This document shows positions 47,842 through 56,025 of a stretch of DNA of 64,000 nucleotides, piece by piece. The stretch's first letter is position 1; each line of letters begins with the position of its first letter. Position numbers and translations under genes: made by a program. The DNA is from a virus (Duplodnaviria; Heunggongvirae; Uroviricota; Caudoviricetes), in IMG/VR virus record IMGVR_UViG_3300020045_008999, positions 416,001 to 480,000 of that record. One strand, 5' to 3'. A model generated the notes under the pieces. The model had not been told where the DNA came from. It made no database searches and saw only the letters and a program-made list of their open reading frames with translations.

Positions 47842-48084
47842 ATGAGATTTTTAATATTTTTATGGAATATTCCAATGCTGTTAATCCGGTTTTTTGGTAG
47901 TATATTGGTCGAATGCACTATATTTACTATTCTGTACCTATCAGTATCGCCAATTATCGGTGGATTTTGGTCATGGATTTTAGCTGCAGTATTTATATGT
48001 TGGGTAGTTATAGATTGTATTCTCAGAATAGTAGTCGGGGGATCTGCCAGTATCATAAGATACATTTTCTCGTTTACCCAATAA
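47842..48084 (+). CDS. Small membrane protein
   Basis: Starts MRFLIFLW; hydrophobic helices. Confidence 0.6.
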   Translation: MRFLIFLWNIPMLLIRFFGSILVECTIFTILYLSVSPIIGGFWSWILAAVFICWVVIDCILRIVVGGSASIIRYIFSFTQ

Positions 48085-48619
48085 TGTCCATTATTCGGGC
48101 ATTTCTAAATTCGACAATATATTTTTGATAATTGTCCAAATGTTCTTTATACCTAGTTATCAGTGTATAAAATTCAGAAGAAATCATTATACTTCTTTGT
48201 TCCAATTCAAACTCACAATCAATTCCGCCCGAATCTACAATTCGCACATCACCATCCTCCACATCCGGTGAAATTTTAAGTATAATATTATAGTTAACAA
48301 ATGCAGAATCATCGGCTAATATATTAGCAATAATTTTATCATACAATCGACTACCCAACGTTGTCATATAAATTTCATCACTCCCAACTTCCTGAAAATT
48401 AATATAATATCGTTGGTAATTTACCCATTGCATACAATACACCGAATGTTCATCATTATTGTTGTGGTTAAATAAAGTTTTTATCAGGTTTATGTTTCGT
48501 TCAGAAACTACATATATATTGTCATCAATACTAATATACCTAATGCAATGCAAATGCTCACCTATTTTATTAGGTATTATCTTTATTTCTTTCCCATTAA
48601 ATTTGGACAATGCTATCAT
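48074..48619 (-). CDS. Hypothetical protein with C-terminal RxxxIxxII motif
   Basis: Ends FRNARIMDIIG. Confidence 0.7.
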   Translation of the reverse strand: MIALSKFNGKEIKIIPNKIGEHLHCIRYISIDDNIYVVSERNINLIKTLFNHNNNDEHSVYCMQWVNYQRYYINFQEVGSDEIYMTTLGSRLYDKIIANILADDSAFVNYNIILKISPDVEDGDVRIVDSGGIDCEFELEQRSIMISSEFYTLITRYKEHLDNYQKYIVEFRNARIMDIIG

Positions 48620-48930
48620 TAATATAAAAATTTACGCCCTTCTTCTACATAATTAGATAATTCACTATTTATTTTAGCAATAATTTCAAGTGAGTCATTT
48701 AATTTGGATCCCAGTAATTCAAGATTAATACTAGCATCGTCAATTTGGTCATTTGTCTTCGCTGACTTACTACGATACTTTGATAATTCCATGTATAACT
48801 CATTAACAGTTCGTTGAGTATCTTCGATTGTCTGCAAAACCACCGACATTTCATCGCTAATTTCACCAACCCGTTCATTTGATATATCAACCAAATCGTC
48901 AATACTTTCGTTATACTTTAGAATTTTCAT
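48619..48930 (-). CDS. Coiled-coil protein with capsid-targeting-like N-terminus
   Basis: Starts MKILKYNES. Confidence 0.75.
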   Translation of the reverse strand: MKILKYNESIDDLVDISNERVGEISDEMSVVLQTIEDTQRTVNELYMELSKYRSKSAKTNDQIDDASINLELLGSKLNDSLEIIAKINSELSNYVEEGRKFLY

Positions 48931-48959
48931 ACATTACTGATTATATTTAAGGTATATAT

Positions 48960-48992
48960 AAAAAAAAAGTGGTGACATATATCACCACTTTT
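48960..48992 (-). terminator. Terminator after clpP
   Basis: AAAAGTGGTGA...TCACCACTTTT. Confidence 0.8.
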
Positions 48993-49014
48993 CAGTTTAC
49001 ATTATTAGCCAATG

Positions 49015-49734
49015 TTATTCTTGACTGACTTCTTTATAATATTCTTCCCATCCCTCCATTTGAGTACTAATACTTGGGTTAGTAGCAACACCAACAACTT
49101 CATCGATCAACCCAAAAGCTAATGCTTCATCAGAATTGTACCATTTGTCGCGATTAGATGCATTATACACGTCCTTGAAATCTTTACCACAATTTGCTGC
49201 AATTTTTTTCATCAAGAGAAAGTTGTGTTTTTCAGTTTCTCTATGACTAATTCTATTATCAGCAACATGTCCTTGTGAGCCAGAACTTGCTTGATGTACC
49301 ATAACACGTGAACTTATCAATGAACTACGCTTTCCCTTTGTACCATTAGATAAAATTACGGCACCCATAGAAGCTGCCATACCAACACAAATCGTAGCAA
49401 CATCTGGTTTTATAAGATCCATGGTGTCACACATACCATTCCCAGCTATCACACTTCCGCCCGGACTAGAAAGGTTTATAGTTATATCCTGTGCTGACAT
49501 TGACTCTAAGTACAAAAGTTGTGCCTGTACAATACTTGCCATATCATCATTCACCGCACCAAATATCCACAACATACGATCTTTCATCATCCTACTAAAG
49601 ATGTCCATCTGAGTAACATTTAGGTTACGTTCCTCTAAAATGTAAGGGGTTGTGTAATTCTCGTAATAATGCATTTGCATACTGGATATGCCACTTGATA
49701 GTGCATATCGTCTAAAGTCTTTACCGTATTCCAT
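49015..49734 (-). CDS. clpP: ATP-dependent Clp protease proteolytic subunit
   Basis: MDIFSR, SPGGSV, GMAASMG (Ser), MVHQ (His), RDKW (Asp), FGLID. Confidence 0.95.
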   Translation of the reverse strand: MEYGKDFRRYALSSGISSMQMHYYENYTTPYILEERNLNVTQMDIFSRMMKDRMLWIFGAVNDDMASIVQAQLLYLESMSAQDITINLSSPGGSVIAGNGMCDTMDLIKPDVATICVGMAASMGAVILSNGTKGKRSSLISSRVMVHQASSGSQGHVADNRISHRETEKHNFLLMKKIAANCGKDFKDVYNASNRDKWYNSDEALAFGLIDEVVGVATNPSISTQMEGWEEYYKEVSQE

Positions 49735-49827
49735 ATTTATAATATATTTGTTTAAAATACAAATATAAATTCTTTTTACGAGAATAAAAAATTAATATAT
49801 AACTAAAATATAAAAATATCATTTAAG

Positions 49828-50049
49828 ATGGGACATATTAAAAAATTTGAAGACTTTTCGTTTGCAGATGCACCAACAAAAGAACCAGCGGTTAAACCAA
49901 GCGTTAAACCAGCAACACCAGGTGTTAGACCAAACAGACCTAGTCCAATCAGAAGAACCATGCCAGCGGTAAAACCCGCCCCTAAAGCGGAACTACCAGA
50001 AGCTTCAATTGAGGATGTAGTGGCTAAATATATCGAATTAACAAAATAG
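49828..50049 (+). CDS. Pro-rich small protein with capsid-targeting-like N-terminus
   Basis: MGHIKKFEDF; PAVKP repeats; TAATATATA at 49793. Confidence 0.75.
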   Translation: MGHIKKFEDFSFADAPTKEPAVKPSVKPATPGVRPNRPSPIRRTMPAVKPAPKAELPEASIEDVVAKYIELTK

Positions 50050-50056
50050 TAGTAAT

Positions 50057-51550
50057 ATGAAAAATTTTAAAAAGTTTCTAGAAGAAATATCCATAGAGGG
50101 TAACCCAGGGGTTCCAGGTGAAAATGGCAAACAAGTTGGTGATTCTGATTATTTAAAAAATATTGAGTTACGTGCCAAAGAAAGACTTAACATAGAAGGT
50201 GAAAGCGAGCAAAATGGGGATATGTGGAAATATATCCACAAACTAATGGGCGAATTAGTACCAGTAGTACATAGAATGTCAAGAGGAAAAGAAGCAGAAC
50301 TGGAAGCACTAGCAACCGCTGCCATTTTAGATCAATACGGGGAAATTTTAGATGGTGTTGAATTAGATATAAAATTTGGAAATCCAGGTGAGAATTTTAA
50401 AAAAACTCAGGAAGAAGAGGAAGAAGAGGAAGAAATGCCGGAACCACCAAAATTTAACGAAATTACCAACAAAGATTTATTAGATAAAATCCACCGAGCT
50501 AAAATATATAACAATATCATCCAGGGTGAGGCAATCAATACCAAAACAATGTTCCATAGTGAATTTCTAAGAAATGGTATAATTGATATATTTGGACCTG
50601 TAGATGGCCCCATTTATATTAACACACTGGGTGAAATCTCAGAAACTGCTAGTAAACTAGACTGGTTGGCCACCGAAGGCCCAAAGGCAGCCGCGATGGA
50701 ACAAACTAAAGAATCTGGTATGGGCTTTGCAGGTTCGGTAAAAGTCGAATGGAAGCCGAAGAAAGACAAAGCTTCTGACGAGAATGAAGCAGAAGAAGTA
50801 GTTGCAGAAGAAGAAATTGATTATGCAGAAACAGATGAAATAACCCCAATTATTCGTGTAAGAGCGATTGACTTTTCTATGTTGTTACATGAAGCAGTTA
50901 AGGGAATATATGAATTAATAGCAGCAGTGAGTGTACCAGAAATCGGTGCCGATCCAAAAGATATTGAAGACTTCCAAACGGTAAAGGTAAATGTTTCATC
51001 AATGTTGGATGAAGTTGCAGACTTCAAAACTGGTCCAGAAATTGCTGCGGATTTTAGAGATTTCATAAACGAAAATCCAAAAAGTGAAAAAGTGAAAAAC
51101 ATCAGGGCTTTTGTATTTGGAAAACTATGTGATCCAAATTATATGACCGCTGGTGAATTTTTAGAATTTTTCAGAGGGGTATTAAACAACACCCCAAGTG
51201 CTCGTAAAAAAATGGATAAAATTATCGACGAAATTATCGACGAATTAAATGATTATGATAATGACATAAACAGTGATTCAGACAATGATATTCATGATAG
51301 TGTGTATGATTTAATGAACACTGAACCTACACAAACCAATGCACCAAATGAAGAAGAATCTGATACTGATGTTGACTATTCAAAACTTAGCAAATCAGCT
51401 ATACAAGATCTAGTAGATGATGCGCTTGACAGTGGTAATATTGACTTACTTAAAAAGTTAGAACCATTCATGGAAAAAAATACATATAAAATGTACCAGA
51501 ATGAGATTAAAATGATTACCGAACGATTAATAAATATTAAAAATAAATAA
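50057..51550 (+). CDS. Acidic putative internal virion protein
   Basis: MKNFKKFLEE; LLHEAVKG; poly-E tract. Confidence 0.7.
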   Translation: MKNFKKFLEEISIEGNPGVPGENGKQVGDSDYLKNIELRAKERLNIEGESEQNGDMWKYIHKLMGELVPVVHRMSRGKEAELEALATAAILDQYGEILDGVELDIKFGNPGENFKKTQEEEEEEEEMPEPPKFNEITNKDLLDKIHRAKIYNNIIQGEAINTKTMFHSEFLRNGIIDIFGPVDGPIYINTLGEISETASKLDWLATEGPKAAAMEQTKESGMGFAGSVKVEWKPKKDKASDENEAEEVVAEEEIDYAETDEITPIIRVRAIDFSMLLHEAVKGIYELIAAVSVPEIGADPKDIEDFQTVKVNVSSMLDEVADFKTGPEIAADFRDFINENPKSEKVKNIRAFVFGKLCDPNYMTAGEFLEFFRGVLNNTPSARKKMDKIIDEIIDELNDYDNDINSDSDNDIHDSVYDLMNTEPTQTNAPNEEESDTDVDYSKLSKSAIQDLVDDALDSGNIDLLKKLEPFMEKNTYKMYQNEIKMITERLINIKNK

Positions 51551-51556
51551 ACACCA

Positions 51557-53398
51557 ATGAGACTTAAAAAATTCGGGGACTTTAATGTAAAATCCACACC
51601 AATAAATGAAGATATCAAACAAGCTAAAGCTTTTTTGAGAAAACGCATAAAAACAGAGGGAGACAAGCCATCTGATGAAGAAATTTTCGCTGCCGAAAAT
51701 GATCCAAATTTTCTTAAAATTAAAAAAATGTTGGACAAGCATCCAGGATATGTGTATTCATTTACGAAATTTTTCTTTGCGGATAATGTACCGTTAAATG
51801 AACTAGAGACCGCATATAAAAGACTTCAGTCATATAAGAATTCAAAAAACATCAAACCGATCACAGAATATGCGAAAGTAGTGCCAGATGATTTAGATCC
51901 GAGATCTGGGTTTGAGCGAATGACTGATGATTTAGATAACGCGGATACGGATAAAGTTGTTGCTGAGTTTGTAGCACAATTCCCAGGTGCTTTTGTTGTT
52001 AAGGTTGGTGCAAACCAAGGTAGAGAAGTACCATCCATAAAAGATGAGTATAGAAAAGCATCACAGACAATAAAAGATAAAGTAAAGGGTATTGCCCTTG
52101 CATTCGAAACAGTATGTACTGATGAAGATGGGAACGTAGATGTGAAAGCATGTATGAGTAATAAATTAGTCTTTTACAAATCAACAAAAAGATACCAGAG
52201 TTTGAACGAACTTTTAAATGCGGCAAATGCTAATTTAAAATCAGCAAATAATCTTGGTGTATCTAAAATGATAAAATCAATTTCGATGGTTAATGATAAA
52301 TATGGTGAAATAAACGGTGCCGAAATTGTATTTAATGAAAATGAAATTTTAGTTGTTGAAATTAGATCATTCCAAGCAAATAGATTGTTAAATGCAAATA
52401 CCAAACACTGTATTAAGGACACCATAAGTTATTGGAATTCATATATTGGTGGTGATGATATGTATACTAAGCAATATTATATTTATAATTTCAATTTATT
52501 ACCATCTGAAAATAACAGTGTAATTGGAGTGACTATCGATAAAAAACATGACATTTACGCAGCACACGCCAAAGATGATGGTGATGTAAAATCAAGTCTA
52601 AAACGTTTATTAACTTCTTTCAAATCTACATATGACTTATCCGGTGATATCTACAATGAAGTATTGATACCAATGACTGAAAGTGAAATTGAGATGAAAC
52701 GCAGACGTGTTGTTGCAAACAGAGAACTTGTTAAACCTAATTTAACAATTGGTCAATTAACTCAATATATCAAAGATGGTGGAGATCCAAACGTAAACAA
52801 CGGAACTCCTTTAGTAAATGCGATTAAAGCAAATGAAATTGAAATTGCACAAGAATTAATTACAAATTTAGGCGCAATAACAGATATCGGTTCAGCATCA
52901 GAGTATCCAATCAAATATTCAACTTCATTTGATATGATCAAAATGTTGGTTGAACACGATGCCACTATATCATCTGCATTAATAAACCAAGAGAATATTT
53001 TAGGTGATCCAGAAATTATGAAGTTTCTATTAGAAAATGGTGCAAATCCAAATGATGGTAAAGGATTGTCAATCAGAAATGCAGCTAAGAAAGGATATGC
53101 CAAAACAATTGCATTATTAATCGAATATGGTGGAAATTTGGATTCAAGAGCTGGACTAACGGTAAATGTTACTCTAGAACATGCCGATCCGGAATGTTCA
53201 AGAATAGTAGTTGATTATTTAGCTGATCACAAAATGTTATCAGCAGAAAAAATGGAAAAGACTATGAAATGGCTTACCCGTTCAAGTAAAATAAAAAAAG
53301 AAGACAAGCTCATGATTTTCACTATGATCAAAGACAAGTGCGTCGAAGTAGGCGAAGAACATGAATATATCGATGAAGCATTATCAACATTAGAATAA
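51557..53398 (+). CDS. Ankyrin-repeat-containing putative internal virion protein
   Basis: MRLKKFGDF...INE; GTPLVNAI, FLLENGANPN, LLIEYGGN. Confidence 0.75.
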   Translation: MRLKKFGDFNVKSTPINEDIKQAKAFLRKRIKTEGDKPSDEEIFAAENDPNFLKIKKMLDKHPGYVYSFTKFFFADNVPLNELETAYKRLQSYKNSKNIKPITEYAKVVPDDLDPRSGFERMTDDLDNADTDKVVAEFVAQFPGAFVVKVGANQGREVPSIKDEYRKASQTIKDKVKGIALAFETVCTDEDGNVDVKACMSNKLVFYKSTKRYQSLNELLNAANANLKSANNLGVSKMIKSISMVNDKYGEINGAEIVFNENEILVVEIRSFQANRLLNANTKHCIKDTISYWNSYIGGDDMYTKQYYIYNFNLLPSENNSVIGVTIDKKHDIYAAHAKDDGDVKSSLKRLLTSFKSTYDLSGDIYNEVLIPMTESEIEMKRRRVVANRELVKPNLTIGQLTQYIKDGGDPNVNNGTPLVNAIKANEIEIAQELITNLGAITDIGSASEYPIKYSTSFDMIKMLVEHDATISSALINQENILGDPEIMKFLLENGANPNDGKGLSIRNAAKKGYAKTIALLIEYGGNLDSRAGLTVNVTLEHADPECSRIVVDYLADHKMLSAEKMEKTMKWLTRSSKIKKEDKLMIFTMIKDKCVEVGEEHEYIDEALSTLE

Positions 53399-53414
53399 TA
53401 TTCAAACTCGAAAT

Positions 53415-53447
53415 AAAAAATCACATCTTATCGGATGTGATTTTTTT
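53415..53447 (+). terminator. Intrinsic terminator
   Basis: AAAAAATCACATC...GATGTGATTTTTTT. Confidence 0.85.
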
Positions 53448-53475
53448 ATATATACACTAAAAAATAATATTATCT

Positions 53476-53832
53476 ATGCAAAGACCAGAAGTAAGAATTG
53501 TTTCAAAACAAGAAGAGATAACGATCGAGGAAACTAACATATCTCAGTATGAAATTGATAATATGATGGCAAAATATGGTTATACACAACCACACCACAC
53601 CCCGGTTACACATAATCCAGATTCTGAACTAACCTTTGAAGAATTAATAAATAGGGAAGAAGCTATAGCTCGCAAATATGATACCCAATCACAATACCCC
53701 CCAGTGTTTACATTCGACCCTAATAAGATGAGATACCAATCATCATCATATGGGAGTGATGACGAATGTGGTGTGGGTTTTAAAATTACAATAACATCGG
53801 ACATGGATATAAATGGAAATATGTATAAATAA
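53476..53832 (+). CDS. Hypothetical protein
   Basis: 118-aa ORF. Confidence 0.7.
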   Translation: MQRPEVRIVSKQEEITIEETNISQYEIDNMMAKYGYTQPHHTPVTHNPDSELTFEELINREEAIARKYDTQSQYPPVFTFDPNKMRYQSSSYGSDDECGVGFKITITSDMDINGNMYK

Positions 53833-53861
53833 AAAACACCCACTTAAAGTGGGTGTTTTTT
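53831..53861. terminator. Bidirectional terminator
   Basis: AAAAAACACCCACTT-A-AAGTGGGTGTTTTTT. Confidence 0.85.
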
Positions 53862-54218
53862 CTAATTACTTTCGTCAGATTCACTGGGTTCGTCATCAGA
53901 ATCTTCGTATTTTATGATAAAATCTTCACACTTACTGATACTGTCTTCTATACAAGCAAAAGCTTTAACAATTAAATGCCGATCTAAGTCATTAAGAAGT
54001 CCACTATCAAATGTAGCTTGTGCAACATTAATCAGTATATTCAAAGCAGTTGTATTATCAATGATGTCGGTATTAATGATGTCATTAATTGCATTCATTT
54101 GAGCAACCATCCCAGGATCCATGTCATCAGTTATTTGAATTTTTTCACCATCATAATATACTTCATCAACACCTAGGTCAGCATTTACCGGATCTATTTC
54201 TTGAATATTTTTTTTCAT
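53862..54218 (-). CDS. Acidic hypothetical protein
   Basis: 118 aa, coupled to the S1 gene. Confidence 0.75.
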   Translation of the reverse strand: MKKNIQEIDPVNADLGVDEVYYDGEKIQITDDMDPGMVAQMNAINDIINTDIIDNTTALNILINVAQATFDSGLLNDLDRHLIVKAFACIEDSISKCEDFIIKYEDSDDEPSESDESN

Positions 54219-54219
54219 A

Positions 54220-55296
54220 TTAAACTATAGATAATGTTATTTTACGAGTTAAACGATCAACAGTCAAAACCTTAACTTTTACGGTTTGTCCAGTTTGTAA
54301 TTTTTTATCACTTTTAGCCACATCGTCATTAGTTATCAAGCCGGTAGTCTCACCGTCTAAGATAATAAGTGTGCCAATTTTATTATCATCTTTTACAATC
54401 CCCGACAATTTTTGGCCCGGTGTAATAGTATCCCATAAGGTTACTTTTAAAACTTGTGTTAAAAATATTTTATTTTTAAACACCTCTTTGATATAAAATT
54501 CAATTCCAACCCCTGGTTTAATATCACTGATATTGTAATCCGGATTTAAATTACTTTTATGTATCATACCGGTTAAACATTGATTGAATTCAACAAATAC
54601 CCCAAAATCGGTAGATCCAGTTACTGTCCCGGACATTAACTCACCGTTGTTTAATCTAGAAACCGCTTCCGGTATTAATGTTTGTAAATACTTTCTTCGG
54701 CTCATTATATAAGTACCCTCATCACTAGAGAATGATTCAATACCTAATTCTAAAGATGTCCCAACAATAGCTTCTGGTGATATAAGACGGTTGATGCCGG
54801 CAAGCGTATTTGGCATGAATCCATTAAGATCAACTCCCATATAATTGAAGACTACGCTAAATCCAGCCGGTGACATATCTTTAATAAAGCCCATAACATA
54901 TTCATCAATTTCAGATGATGCCAAATGTTCATGTACTTTATTAGTGTATATTTGAGCTACACTCCCTTTGATCATGAAATTCTTTTCGAAAACTTCGGTA
55001 ATTATTACATCAACTGAATCACCAATTTCAAGAGTGGCAATTAATCTAGCTTCGGTAGTTTTATTATCGACTCTGACAAAATCTTTTAGATGACCATCGA
55101 AAAGAAAATATTCGTCATTGCTACCATAATAGTTCAGTGAAATAATATCACCCGGTTTTGGTTGATTATACTCGTGTAGATCGTACAATCCAAGCAAAAT
55201 TTTATCTTCTGCATTTAAAACTCTTTCAGAGTATCCCTTTGTACCAAACGTTGTTCCTTCATAGTCAAAATCCGGAATAATTTGCTCATTCTTCAT
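54220..55296 (-). CDS. Ribosomal protein bS1-like protein (about 4 S1 domains)
   Basis: GTVTGSTDFGVFVEF...GMIHKSNL; GQTVKVKVLTVDRLTRKITLS. Confidence 0.8.
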   Translation of the reverse strand: MKNEQIIPDFDYEGTTFGTKGYSERVLNAEDKILLGLYDLHEYNQPKPGDIISLNYYGSNDEYFLFDGHLKDFVRVDNKTTEARLIATLEIGDSVDVIITEVFEKNFMIKGSVAQIYTNKVHEHLASSEIDEYVMGFIKDMSPAGFSVVFNYMGVDLNGFMPNTLAGINRLISPEAIVGTSLELGIESFSSDEGTYIMSRRKYLQTLIPEAVSRLNNGELMSGTVTGSTDFGVFVEFNQCLTGMIHKSNLNPDYNISDIKPGVGIEFYIKEVFKNKIFLTQVLKVTLWDTITPGQKLSGIVKDDNKIGTLIILDGETTGLITNDDVAKSDKKLQTGQTVKVKVLTVDRLTRKITLSIV

Positions 55297-55344
55297 ATAT
55301 ATTATTTTTTAGTTAATGGTTATATATGATTTTGTTATTAAAGT

Positions 55345-56025
55345 TTATATTTTATTGAAAATTAAATTAAAATAATAATCAAATCCAAATTGTTTATAAT
55401 CTTGAATCTGCTTGAACTGTATTTTCATTATCGAATAATCCGAATTAAAAACTAAAGTAGTATTTAACACTTGTGTATTTTTCACTGTATTATAGCCATA
55501 TACATTACTTCCAATCAATCTACCACTTTCACTAAGACTTACATAATTGACATATAATTCAACTTTATCAAATGCATATCTATTCATTATATTTTCGCGT
55601 ATATAATCACGTATTGATAAGTCAACATCATTATTAAGTAAGTTAGGATTTAAAACATTCGTGAATATCCGACTTCGTTTAATATTACCAAAAATATATT
55701 CTTGAAGTATTTTACGCAAATCAACTTCAACCACCCATGTCACATATCCACTATCTACACCAACCGAAGTATCCTTATACATTACATGATTCAGTTTCTT
55801 TACCATATTCAAATCAACTACATTTGGAACGTTCCGCTGCTCATTAGCAAAATCGATTTGCTCATTTGCCGAATTTTGATAATATGAAATTACTTCGTTA
55901 TCAATATATAAATTATTGGGCAATTCCATCATTTTTGAACCGAAAAAAGTACTATGTTCTTTCATATTTAACAATCCACCGACTTTGTTATACTGATACT
56001 CTGGTGATATATATGTTCGTTTCAT
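55345..56025 (-). CDS. Putative virion structural protein
   Basis: Last gene of a late-motif operon. Confidence 0.65.
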   Translation of the reverse strand: MKRTYISPEYQYNKVGGLLNMKEHSTFFGSKMMELPNNLYIDNEVISYYQNSANEQIDFANEQRNVPNVVDLNMVKKLNHVMYKDTSVGVDSGYVTWVVEVDLRKILQEYIFGNIKRSRIFTNVLNPNLLNNDVDLSIRDYIRENIMNRYAFDKVELYVNYVSLSESGRLIGSNVYGYNTVKNTQVLNTTLVFNSDYSIMKIQFKQIQDYKQFGFDYYFNLIFNKI

